DNA of 64,000 nucleotides, from positions 9,342 to 73,341 of the forward strand of contig CAKZUM010000221.1 in assembly GCA_937921525.1 (NCBI GenBank), read 5' to 3'. The stretch's first letter is position 1. Each line of letters starts with the position of its first letter. The DNA comes from an uncultured Saprospiraceae bacterium. GTDB lineage: Bacteria; Bacteroidota; Bacteroidia; Chitinophagales; Saprospiraceae. A program made the position numbers and the translations under genes. Below the pieces are notes generated by a model. The model saw nothing but the letters and a program-made list of their open reading frames with translations. It did not search any database and had not been told where the DNA came from. This document shows positions 17,872-27,305 of this stretch, piece by piece.

Positions 17872-20800
17872 ATGAGCAAAGTCGGCGAATCAGAAAGAAT
17901 CACCCAAAACAGAGTCATCCAACTACTGACGTCTACGTCAATGGGCTACCGCTACCTTGGCAATTGGGAAGAACGCCCCAATAACAGCAACATAGAAGAA
18001 GGCATTCTAAAGTCGTGGCTAAAAGAACAAGGGTATAGCCAAAAACTAATAGACAATGCCCTGTACGAATTGCGCAAAGTAGCCAATGAAAAAGGTAAAA
18101 AACTCTATGACCTAAATGAAGCCGTCTATAGTCTACTACGCTATGGCATCAAAATCAAAGAGGCAGCAGGAGAAAACCATCAAACCGTCTGGTTGATAAA
18201 TTGGAACGAACCTCTTAAAAATGATTTTGCGATTGCTGAAGAAGTTACGGTAGAAGGGGAAAACAACAAACGGCCAGATGTAGTTTTTTATGTCAATGGG
18301 ATAGCGGTAGGCGTGATAGAACTAAAAAAAGGTAAAGTAGATGTTACAAAAGGAATAACCCAAAATCTGGATAATCAACAATCTATTTTCATACAATCCT
18401 TCTTTTCAACTATGCAGCTCGTGATGGCGGGCAATGATACACAAGGTATCCGATATGGGACAATCGAAACACCGGGCAAATATTATTTGAGATGGAAAGA
18501 AATCAAAGACCCCAACTACCAACATCTAAGACATGCCGAAATAGATGCACTATGCGCCACCGTTGATTTGGCATTAGATAAAGAATTGATACAACTCTGC
18601 CATCGAGAGCGCCTTATAGAATTGCTGCGAGATTTTTTAGTATTTGACGCAGGGGCTAAAAAACTTTGTCGCCACAATCAATACTTTGGTTTAAAATCAG
18701 CACAAGACTTTGTAAGGAGGCGACAAGGAGGTATTTATTGGCATACACAGGGTAGTGGCAAAAGTCTTTCTATGGTTTGGCTGGCTAAATGGATATTAAG
18801 CACAGTCACCGATAGTCGAGTGCTAATTATTACCGACCGAACAGAGTTAGACGAACAAATAAAAGGCGTGTTCTATGGTGTAGGCGAAACTATTTATCGT
18901 ACTAAATCTGGTACTGATTTAATTAATCAGCTAAACACAAAAGATAAAAATTTGATATGTAGTTTAGTCCACAAATTCGGCAAAAAAAGTAAAAAGGAAG
19001 AAGGCAACTACAAAGACTTCATAGAAGAATTAAAAAGAAGTTTACCCAAGGATTTTAGTGCAAAGGGCGACCTCTATGTATTTATAGATGAATGTCACCG
19101 TACCCAATCTGGCAAGCTGCACAAAGCGATGAAAGAGATACTGGGCAATGCCTTACTATTTGGTTTCACAGGTACACCTTTACTAAAAAAAGACAAGCAA
19201 AATAGCGTCAACATATTTGGACCATTTATCCATAGCTACAAATTTAATGAAGCAGTACAAGATGGAGTAGTATTGGATTTACAATATGAAGCGAGAGACG
19301 TAGATCAGCAAATCACTAATCAAGCAGGGATAGACAAGTGGTTTGAGGCAAAGACGAGTGGATTAAATGACTATGCTAAAACAGAATTAAAAAAGCGTTG
19401 GGGAACGATGCAAAAAGTATTGAGTTCTAAGTCTCGCTTAGAAAAAATAGTTTTTGATATCATCCAAGACTTTGACATGAAGCCCCGTTTGTGTGATGGA
19501 CATGGTAATGCCATACTCGTCTCTAGCAGTATCTATCAAGCTTGTAAATACTATGAATTATTTCAGCTAAATGGTTTTACAAAATGTGCCATTATTACTT
19601 CTTATGTGCCTTCTCCTAGTGATATAAAGGGGGAAAGTACTGGAGAAGCCGCTTTGACCGAAAAGCTGAAGCAATACAATATTTATACAAAAATGCTTAA
19701 CGGGCAAGCCGCAGATGTCTTTGAAAAAGAAGTGAAAAAGACTTTCAAAACACAACCTGCCCAAATGAAATTATTAATTGTGGTAGATAAATTATTGACA
19801 GGTTTCGATGCTCCTTCAGCTACCTATTTATATATAGATAAAACAATGCAAGACCACGGCTTATTTCAAGCAATTTGTCGAGTCAATCGCTTGGATGGAA
19901 TAAGCAAAGAATATGGCTATATCGTTGATTATAAAGACCTTTTTGAGGATATTAAGACCTCTATCACAGACTATACTACAAATGCCTTGGGTAACTATGA
20001 TCCAGAAGATGTAAAAGGTTTATTAAAAAATCGATTAGAAGAAGCCAAAGATCGATTGGACACTTCCTTGGAAACCATTAAAGCGTTTTGTGAACCTGTA
20101 CCCCATCCAAAAGGTAAGGCAGATTATTATGTTTATTTCCATGATGACGAAGCAGTAGGAGAATTTGCTCAAAACTATGCCATGCGTCGGGTAGCATTGT
20201 ACAAGCTAGTCCTTTCCCTTATTAGAGCCTATGCCAATATTGCCAACGAAATGGAAAAAGCAGGTTATAGTAAAAAGGAAGCACAAGAGATAAAAGCAGA
20301 GGTGAAATATTACAAAGAGCTGAGGGAAGAAATAAAAGTCCATAGTGGCGATGCCATTGACTTGAAGTTGTACGAACCAGGTATGCGGCAGTTATTGGAT
20401 ATGTATATCCATGCAGAGCCAAGCACCAAATTATCAGCCTTCGAGAACATGACCCTAATAGAGTTGATAGTAGAACGAGGAGAAGATGCCTTAGAGGACT
20501 TGCCAGAAGATATTCGCAAGAATAAGAAATCAATGGCAGAAACGATAGAGAATAATGTGAGAAGTGCCATCACAGAAGGGGCTCCAACGAATCCAAAGTA
20601 TTACGAAAAACTATCTATTCTTTTAAAAGAATTAGTAGATTTGCGCAAACAAGCGGCAATTGATTACAAGGAGTATTTAGAAAGGATATTAGATTTGGCA
20701 AAGAATGCAGGTAATTCAAGCGGTTCGTCGACATATCCAGATACGCTAAAAACAAAGGCACAACAGGCTTTGTATGATAACTTGGACAATAATGAGTTAT

Positions 20801-20964
20801 TAGCTTTGGCACTAGATAATATTGTAAAAAGTACGAAAAAAAATAAATGGAAGGGGAATAGGATAAAAGAGAAAGCCGTCAAGAATGCCATTAAAAAACA
20901 CATACCAGCAGACAAACTAGAAGGGATATTTGCTATTATTATTGCACAAACAGACTATGACTGA
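17872..20964 (+). CDS. hsdR: Type I restriction enzyme endonuclease/translocase subunit HsdR
   Basis: N-terminal nuclease motif (RPDVVFYVNGIAVGVIELKK), Walker A HTQGSGKSLS, DEAH-type box FIDECHRTQ, and helicase C motifs (TGFDAP, QAICRVNR). Confidence 0.95.
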   Translation: MSKVGESERITQNRVIQLLTSTSMGYRYLGNWEERPNNSNIEEGILKSWLKEQGYSQKLIDNALYELRKVANEKGKKLYDLNEAVYSLLRYGIKIKEAAGENHQTVWLINWNEPLKNDFAIAEEVTVEGENNKRPDVVFYVNGIAVGVIELKKGKVDVTKGITQNLDNQQSIFIQSFFSTMQLVMAGNDTQGIRYGTIETPGKYYLRWKEIKDPNYQHLRHAEIDALCATVDLALDKELIQLCHRERLIELLRDFLVFDAGAKKLCRHNQYFGLKSAQDFVRRRQGGIYWHTQGSGKSLSMVWLAKWILSTVTDSRVLIITDRTELDEQIKGVFYGVGETIYRTKSGTDLINQLNTKDKNLICSLVHKFGKKSKKEEGNYKDFIEELKRSLPKDFSAKGDLYVFIDECHRTQSGKLHKAMKEILGNALLFGFTGTPLLKKDKQNSVNIFGPFIHSYKFNEAVQDGVVLDLQYEARDVDQQITNQAGIDKWFEAKTSGLNDYAKTELKKRWGTMQKVLSSKSRLEKIVFDIIQDFDMKPRLCDGHGNAILVSSSIYQACKYYELFQLNGFTKCAIITSYVPSPSDIKGESTGEAALTEKLKQYNIYTKMLNGQAADVFEKEVKKTFKTQPAQMKLLIVVDKLLTGFDAPSATYLYIDKTMQDHGLFQAICRVNRLDGISKEYGYIVDYKDLFEDIKTSITDYTTNALGNYDPEDVKGLLKNRLEEAKDRLDTSLETIKAFCEPVPHPKGKADYYVYFHDDEAVGEFAQNYAMRRVALYKLVLSLIRAYANIANEMEKAGYSKKEAQEIKAEVKYYKELREEIKVHSGDAIDLKLYEPGMRQLLDMYIHAEPSTKLSAFENMTLIELIVERGEDALEDLPEDIRKNKKSMAETIENNVRSAITEGAPTNPKYYEKLSILLKELVDLRKQAAIDYKEYLERILDLAKNAGNSSGSSTYPDTLKTKAQQALYDNLDNNELLALALDNIVKSTKKNKWKGNRIKEKAVKNAIKKHIPADKLEGIFAIIIAQTDYD

Positions 20965-21682
20965 AACAACACAGCAAATAAATGTAGGGAAGTATGAAAT
21001 AGAGGTGGTTCGAAAAGACATCAAAAATTTACACTTATCCGTACATCCACCAACAGGAAGAATACGAATCGCCACACCTTTAAAAGTAAGTGACGAAGCC
21101 GTGCGCCTATTCGCTGTTTCCAAAATAGCATGGATAAAAAAGAATCAACAAAAGTTAGCTGCCCAGCCTCGCCAAAGTCAACGCCAATATATTTACCGAG
21201 AAACGCATTATTTTTTAGGGCAGGCTTATTTATTAAATCTAGTGCCTCACAAAGGACCTGCAAAAGTGATCTTGAATAATCATCAGGAAATCAATCTTTA
21301 CATTAAAGAGACAGCTACTCGTGAGCAGAAGGAACAAGCGATGGAGGCATGGTATCGAGCGGAGTTAAAAAAACATATTCCGGAATTAATTGCTAAATGG
21401 GAAGGTCGGATGCAAGTACAAGTGGCAGATTGGGGAGTGAAGAAAATGCGTACTAATTGGGGTACATGCAATATAGCAGATCGCCGGATCTGGTTGAATT
21501 TGGAATTGGCGAAGAAGTCGATGCAATGTCTGGAATATGTGGTGGTCCATGAAATGACGCATTTATTGGAGCGACATCACAATAAGAATTTTCTATATTA
21601 TATGGATGGTTTCTTGCCGAATTGGGAGATGATTCGGGAGGAGTTGAATAGTGGGCTTTTGGGGTTTGTGGAGTGGGGGTGA
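20957..21682 (+). CDS. DUF45/YgjP-like (M48-type) zinc metallopeptidase
   Basis: HEMTHLLERHH (HExxH) near the C-terminus, and the WGTCN...I.LN pattern of COG1451. The gene overlaps the hsdR stop by 8 nt. Confidence 0.85.
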   Translation: MTETTQQINVGKYEIEVVRKDIKNLHLSVHPPTGRIRIATPLKVSDEAVRLFAVSKIAWIKKNQQKLAAQPRQSQRQYIYRETHYFLGQAYLLNLVPHKGPAKVILNNHQEINLYIKETATREQKEQAMEAWYRAELKKHIPELIAKWEGRMQVQVADWGVKKMRTNWGTCNIADRRIWLNLELAKKSMQCLEYVVVHEMTHLLERHHNKNFLYYMDGFLPNWEMIREELNSGLLGFVEWG

Positions 21683-21757
21683 AAAGACTCCACCTTTGTA
21701 GTAATGACTCTGTCTCAAGAAATCGACACTCCTTTTCTGTCAACATCCCAAATTAAT

Positions 21758-22060
21758 TTAAAGATTGACAGAAGTAGTATTATTACTTTGACTACATACG
21801 ATGGTTACTCTATTACTATATATAGTACCAGAAAAATGTCCACCACCATTTACATTGCCATGGAAAGAAGCCTTATGATGGTAATAAGATATCCCTATAT
21901 CTTCATCTAAAACATGACTATATTGACCAAATGAAGTGTATTCTTCATACTTATATATACAACTGGGGTTAATTTTTTTTCTAAGGAGTTTTACCACCAT
22001 TTTAGCAATATCTATTAATACTTCGTTTGACAAATTTATTTTATCCATTTTAGCACTCAT
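21758..22060 (-). CDS. Hypothetical small protein (100 aa)
   Basis: ORF only. No motif recognised. AT-rich. Confidence 0.35.
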   Translation of the reverse strand: MSAKMDKINLSNEVLIDIAKMVVKLLRKKINPSCIYKYEEYTSFGQYSHVLDEDIGISYYHHKASFHGNVNGGGHFSGTIYSNRVTIVCSQSNNTTSVNL

Positions 22061-22645
22061 TTTATGATAGAAACACCCCCATTTAACTTAGGTTTTGCCA
22101 AGAATCAACACATATAATTGACAAATAGTTTCATTTTGACTGTTATATATTACATTCTTAATATGGCGTCAAATTCATGGACAATTATTCTATTTTCCAT
22201 TTCTTCAATAATGCCTCACAGTTCCCCTTGCACCACCATCTCAAAATTCCCCAACTCCGCTTCCTTAATACTCCGTTGACCATGTTCCTCAAAGTAAGCA
22301 GCAAGACACACCCCACAAGTCAACAACAACCCAGGCTTCCCCCAAGCATTAGCTTGACACTGTTGACCCGGTATATTTGATCTTAGATTTCTTCTTTGGT
22401 TTCTTTACCACTGAAACCTCTTGGCATCATCAAGACAAGAGAAGGTTAAGGAATAGAGTAGACTATAGTACAAAAATCTTTAGCTTTTTGACTGAACAAT
22501 CCATTATGTCACTTAACATAATATGTAATTATTATATATGATATATTATAGACAATTAATCAAAATATATAAATAAAATCATATATTTGAACTAATCAAT
22601 ACCATCCTAACAGTCTTAATATCTATCTAACTCCTCAACTCTTAT

Positions 22646-23344
22646 ATGTCTGAAGATAAAAGATACTCTGTTGTCCTTTTTAATATTTCTCCTCTAAGTT
22701 CAACTTGGATCAAAGAAGTATATAAAAAAATGCAGAAATCTGTTTACTCTGAAGAAGAAGGCGTTGGTTTTAAGAATGTCTACCTACTTAATAATTACTT
22801 GACGGGTACAGTACTTTCCAAAGTGCCTTCTTTCATTCATGAATTTGATTCTAAAAACAGGATATTAAGAAAAAAAGAAATCTTTTTTTTTATAGAAAAC
22901 GATTTTGCAATTGATTCTAAGAATCAAACTCTTGAATTTTTCTGTCCTAATAAAGAAATTACTAGAGTAAAAACTGCTTTGAGAAGTTTCTTACACGAAA
23001 AATCAATCATCTCAGCAAATATTTTTCCTCATAAAATATTGAAAGAATTAGATGAAAGATTTGATTTCTTAAAGGTATGTTCTTTGACTATTAGTCATTA
23101 CAGGCACAGCGAAAAAGTAATAGGTCGTTTTACCTCTAGAGTTGCAGAATACGAAGAAGGAGTGAAACTAATAGCTGAATATGGGGATTATATTTCAAAG
23201 GTCAAATTTATTTTTCATTTAAATGACCAACAAGTAGAAATTGATCTATCGAAAAGTGGAAGAATATCAATAAAATGTTCTGAGAGTATTTTTGATGATA
23301 CATTTCAAATATTAAAAGAGGCTATTAAGAAAAATAATAATTGA
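22646..23344 (+). CDS. Cassette gene 1: hypothetical protein (232 aa), no recognisable family
   Basis: First ORF of a tightly packed three-gene unit. The next ATG lies 2 nt after its stop. Confidence 0.7.
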   Translation: MSEDKRYSVVLFNISPLSSTWIKEVYKKMQKSVYSEEEGVGFKNVYLLNNYLTGTVLSKVPSFIHEFDSKNRILRKKEIFFFIENDFAIDSKNQTLEFFCPNKEITRVKTALRSFLHEKSIISANIFPHKILKELDERFDFLKVCSLTISHYRHSEKVIGRFTSRVAEYEEGVKLIAEYGDYISKVKFIFHLNDQQVEIDLSKSGRISIKCSESIFDDTFQILKEAIKKNNN

Positions 23345-23346
23345 AT

Positions 23347-24270
23347 ATGGCAGAAGACCAAAGCGTAAATGGAGATCGTTGGACTACACAAGCGGCAAAA
23401 TTATTCTCTCGATTAGGATGGAATAAAATAGGAGATTGTAATATAGACGTTCCAGGTGCTGATGGTATTTGTCATGGGATAGATTCTTTATTTACTTATG
23501 AAGATGGCTATTTAAACAAGAAAAAACAAGGAATCTTTTTAGAAGCTAAAAGGTATAAAACTGAAAGCTTTGCTCCTAATAAACTTAGCGGATGGGTACA
23601 AGTCATAAACAATAAAGTAAATGAACTAAAACAATCAAGTCCTTTTCTGGATAAGTATCTCATGAACGACTCAATTAATAATAATGGCGTTCTAGTGATT
23701 TGGTTTCATGATATAGATAACTATAAAGCCTATAAATCTAAATTTCAAAAGGCTTTATTATCTATTTCTACAATTAAAAGAGGTAGTAAAGATTGGACTA
23801 ATAGATTATTTATTATGGATAATTTTATCTTAAGTAGACTAATGTCTCTTTGTAATACCTTAGACACAATAGATAAAGAAAATTTAGATGTAAACTTTTA
23901 CTATGCATCGTCTGTTTCTGATCATGCTGTGGTAGAAAGTAAGATACTCAATTTAGAATTAATGTTTTCCGACTACATATTTATGAAAATTAGAGATCAT
24001 TCCGATGATTCATATACAAAGGAAATAGATACTGTAATATATTATGATGAGTTGAATTTACCCTCCTTTCATAGATTGAAATCAAGTCTAATTCGACATA
24101 ATATGATCAGTAAATCAAACCCTTTACGCTTGTACTTACATAATGATGAAGAAGATGAATCAAGAAAGATACTACCTGAAGTTGAAAAAATATTTTCAGA
24201 CGATGTGAAATCCTTTGAATTGAAGCGTATGAATGTTATTAATAGACTTCCAAATTGGTTAAGAGAATGA
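23347..24270 (+). CDS. Cassette gene 2: protein with N-terminal PD-(D/E)XK restriction-endonuclease-like core (307 aa)
   Basis: AAKLFSRLGW...HGID46SLF...GIFLE66AK68RY matches the D...(D/E)xK core with 19-residue spacing. ATG at 23347; the ORF-track start is TTG at 23341. Confidence 0.7.
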   Translation: MAEDQSVNGDRWTTQAAKLFSRLGWNKIGDCNIDVPGADGICHGIDSLFTYEDGYLNKKKQGIFLEAKRYKTESFAPNKLSGWVQVINNKVNELKQSSPFLDKYLMNDSINNNGVLVIWFHDIDNYKAYKSKFQKALLSISTIKRGSKDWTNRLFIMDNFILSRLMSLCNTLDTIDKENLDVNFYYASSVSDHAVVESKILNLELMFSDYIFMKIRDHSDDSYTKEIDTVIYYDELNLPSFHRLKSSLIRHNMISKSNPLRLYLHNDEEDESRKILPEVEKIFSDDVKSFELKRMNVINRLPNWLRE

Positions 24271-25391
24271 ATCAAAAAGAAAATACTTATAAGTATCCAA
24301 CTAGATACGAACTAAATCTCACTCTAAGCGAACTGACGACTAGAGCATTTGCAGAAAGGCTCGCCAAATCTAAAGGGATTTTTTTTCCTAAAGGTTTACA
24401 ATCTGAAATTGCAGATTCCTTATCATCATTATTTTGGGGACATTCTGATTTAGAGAAAATCAGAAATGCAGCATATAATAGTAAAGTTAAAAAAACACTT
24501 GCAGGTTTTATAGTTAGAACCGAAGACACTGAATTTGATTTACCTAGATTCTTAGATACCTTACGTCGGAATAATACTTTAGGTAAAGATTATGAATTGG
24601 GTCCATTAAGGAAAATGAGTATTCAGGATAGCAAAGAAAACATGTTAAAAGATACTGCGAGAACAACTTATAAATCTAGTTTAAACTACATAAAGAGAAA
24701 ACCAGGAAGAATAGAGTTTTTGAGCGAAGAAATACGACAATTTGATTTTACTATTGAAGAGCGAAACGATAGTGAATGGAAAATTTTAGTAGAATGTCAA
24801 AAATCAACAGACGCTAATGAGATAAAGAAAATTATAGAAACACAAGCACCGAAAAACAGTATAAATATTGATCAATTAGAATACGATTTACTTTCTCCCA
24901 AAGAAACAATTGAGTTTTTTGATAAGCTTGCTGATGTAGGAATGTCAAAGGATTGGAGAATCGAAGACATTAAGTATTTAATATTTAGAAGAGGCGAAGA
25001 CGAAGAAGAGGAAGAAGCTACAGAAGAACAATTATCAGGAATTAGACAAGCAAAACTAGATGGGACTAATCTAAGACAAAATCCATTCGTAAAACAGTCA
25101 GAAAAAAGTGGGTATAGTTTTACTGCAATGACCTATAGATATGAACATAAAACCAAAGGAATAGTTATTCAAATATCTGCGGAATTTAAAATGCGTCCGA
25201 AAGTTTTTGAAATTAGTATCACAAATTACTGGACCCGTGTAGGAATAGGAAGTGACAGCAATATGATAAAAGAAAAGCCACCAATTAGAAAAGAGTTAGA
25301 AATTAAAAGTCATTTTTGGAACAGAGCCAGACAATTATTCAATGAAATAACTGAAACTAAGAAAGAAACAAAAGCTTTATTGAAAATATAG
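24267..25391 (+). CDS. Cassette gene 3: hypothetical protein (374 aa), two halves joined by an acidic linker
   Basis: ATGA overlap with the gene 2 stop (24267-24270). Linker RRGEDEEEEEATEEQ. No family recognised. Confidence 0.7.
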   Translation: MNQKENTYKYPTRYELNLTLSELTTRAFAERLAKSKGIFFPKGLQSEIADSLSSLFWGHSDLEKIRNAAYNSKVKKTLAGFIVRTEDTEFDLPRFLDTLRRNNTLGKDYELGPLRKMSIQDSKENMLKDTARTTYKSSLNYIKRKPGRIEFLSEEIRQFDFTIEERNDSEWKILVECQKSTDANEIKKIIETQAPKNSINIDQLEYDLLSPKETIEFFDKLADVGMSKDWRIEDIKYLIFRRGEDEEEEEATEEQLSGIRQAKLDGTNLRQNPFVKQSEKSGYSFTAMTYRYEHKTKGIVIQISAEFKMRPKVFEISITNYWTRVGIGSDSNMIKEKPPIRKELEIKSHFWNRARQLFNEITETKKETKALLKI

Positions 25392-25785
25392 CAGTATCTT
25401 ATTGAATAAGTAGGGTCTCCAACAATGTAAGCAAAAATGGTCAAGTGGCTAGAGGAACGAAAAGTAACACATATTACAACGGCATCCTCATCAATCATTT
25501 AAAATTTTTACTAAATGGAATAGCTACAGTTCCAAGTAGTCTATATTCTTTAATCGAAAACTCCCGGATTGAAGTTCCTCCATTTCTAAATCCGTAAACA
25601 AGTCTATTTTTTGGTTAGTTTTTCGTTCGCTCGAGCTAGTCCTTTCCTGAAAATTAGTGAGTACTTTCCCAATAGCGTATTCCTTTTTGGATTCTAGTAG
25701 CTAAATTTAAGGCGGTGTGCTGATGTAATTATAATGGTAAATCAGCCATCATTTAGTAAGGGAGTCTTCGCAATACCATTTCTGC

Positions 25786-26022
25786 CTACCCCACAATCTC
25801 CAAATAAGCCTCCTCCGTCAAATCCCCCCATCGAGGCGTATGCAACCGACCCCTCGTTTCCGAATACCAAATCTCCGAATAAGAATCCATATTATGCGGC
25901 CCAACCCCAGCACCCGCCTTCCGAATATATCGCTCAAAGAACCGGATCTCATTGGCCAGCTGCTCCGAGGCATTGGTCACGGAGGTCCCAATATCCGTAT
26001 CTATGAAGGTGATATAGGACAT
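25786..26022 (-). CDS. Hypothetical small protein (78 aa)
   Basis: The minus-strand ORF has protein-like composition (MSYITFIDTDIGTSVTNASEQLANEI...). The overlapping plus-strand ORFs are Pro-rich low-complexity sequence. This patch is GC-richer than its surroundings. Confidence 0.45.
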   Translation of the reverse strand: MSYITFIDTDIGTSVTNASEQLANEIRFFERYIRKAGAGVGPHNMDSYSEIWYSETRGRLHTPRWGDLTEEAYLEIVG

Positions 26023-26229
26023 TTGTTGCCCGTTTCTAATTTCTACGATACAAGTGCTAGGGTGGTGCCTAGACCCAAGAAGTGGTGTTCAAAAGATTGA
26101 ATTTTCATAAGCTTGTTGTTTGGTAGGTGAGAAAAGCAATGGGTATAATAAATGTAGGATTTATTATTGGAGATACCAAAAATAGAGTGCTATAATATGG
26201 ATGCTATTCATCTGAATTTCATACAGGAG

Positions 26230-26679
26230 TTATATAAAAAGGCAACACGCAGACAAGAAATCCAGTTTCCGTTTCTTCCGAACCGCTGCTTCTGTTAATC
26301 GAGTACAGAGTATCAAGTTCCCTTGGAATAAGATCGGTGGATAATCTCGATACGTTACCCGCCATGGTGTACCAGTTTCAGGGGTCGAGCGAACAGCACC
26401 TTCTATTATATCCAAAAAACCTTGTTCTTCTCGATATAGAAAATCTTCTTTAATAACAATCGTGTCATTGGGATTGCTACTAAATGTAAGGTATAAACCA
26501 TAGGGCTGTATTAAATTATTCAGTGTAACAGAGAATCCCACCTTTTCATAAAAGTCAATGGTCATTTTATTTTTCGTAAACAGTTCCTCATTCTTCGGCA
26601 AATGAAACTGCGTAATAATGGCAGGAGTCGAGCGACTTAGACGCTCAGGTAAAGTATCATATAAAACTTGCTTATCCAT
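26230..26679 (-). CDS. Hypothetical protein (149 aa)
   Basis: Clean ORF. No family recognised. Confidence 0.6.
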   Translation of the reverse strand: MDKQVLYDTLPERLSRSTPAIITQFHLPKNEELFTKNKMTIDFYEKVGFSVTLNNLIQPYGLYLTFSSNPNDTIVIKEDFLYREEQGFLDIIEGAVRSTPETGTPWRVTYRDYPPILFQGNLILCTRLTEAAVRKKRKLDFLSACCLFI

Positions 26680-27305
26680 TAGTGTTATGTGTTGGTAGAA
26701 ATAGAATCAAAAATACTTGTCTTTTATGCTCGATGCAAAGTACTAATTCCTCCATACTGAAAATTAAAAATAGGATGAAATTGACCTTTTGGGCGGTATA
26801 TTGATGGAGTAGGGGGGAGTTACTCGATACCTGTCCAAAATCCCCACCTTAGAAACAAATCGTTGCAAAAAAGCCTCTAATTCTTCGTTTTCTGCCATTT
26901 TGACTCTCGAAAACAGCTTTTTGGCTCAAAATTTCACTTTTTTGATGATATGAAAATGGTCACAGAATGGACTAGTAACCGAGTCGATGGTGTATATTTC
27001 AATCAACAATTTGCACACGTTGTTAAAACCCAGCTTTTGGGTAGGGTAGTGCGGAACAAAGGGGTCAAATTGACCACATTGCCTTGATTTTAGAATCTGG
27101 AAGGTGGTTACAGGATGCATGTAAAAAGAAGGTAGAGTCAGTTCATTTGGTAGGAGCTGCTAGTGTCTTGGCAACTAAGTCTGTAAAATCCGCCAGAACT
27201 TTAACACTTGAAAAGGTAGTTACATAATATATGTAATCCGTAGTCACTACCGCAGTTAATAAAATTTCCCCGTAGCCAGTAAATGGTATCTATTATATTT
27301 GCCCT

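Noticed and set aside
21668-21697. 7-bp hairpin (GTGGAGT...ACTCCAC) overlapping the DUF45 stop codon as the operon terminator
   Set aside because: The stem is short, the loop is 12 nt and only a weak T-tract follows. It may still function, but the evidence is too thin to list as a feature.
21453-21746. Minus-strand 97-aa ORF, and other antisense ORFs within the hsd genes (for example 15036-15356, 15920-16312, 20222-20573, 20664-20915)
   Set aside because: All are embedded antisense in genes with strong motif support and show skewed, low-complexity composition.
25734-26100. Plus-strand ORFs 25734-26006 and 25840-26100 (Pro-rich)
   Set aside because: They overlap the minus-strand 78-aa ORF, which has a far more protein-like sequence. 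The plus-strand products are low-complexity P/S/N strings.
26760-27120. Minus-strand 64-aa ORF (26926-27120; ends ...SPFCDHFHIIKKVKF) and a following 44-aa ORF, possibly a degraded ISL3-type transposase fragment (DxFHxxK resembles ADRWHLIKN)
   Set aside because: The similarity rests on a 7-residue motif only, with no IRs nearby. I treat it as unassigned remnant DNA.
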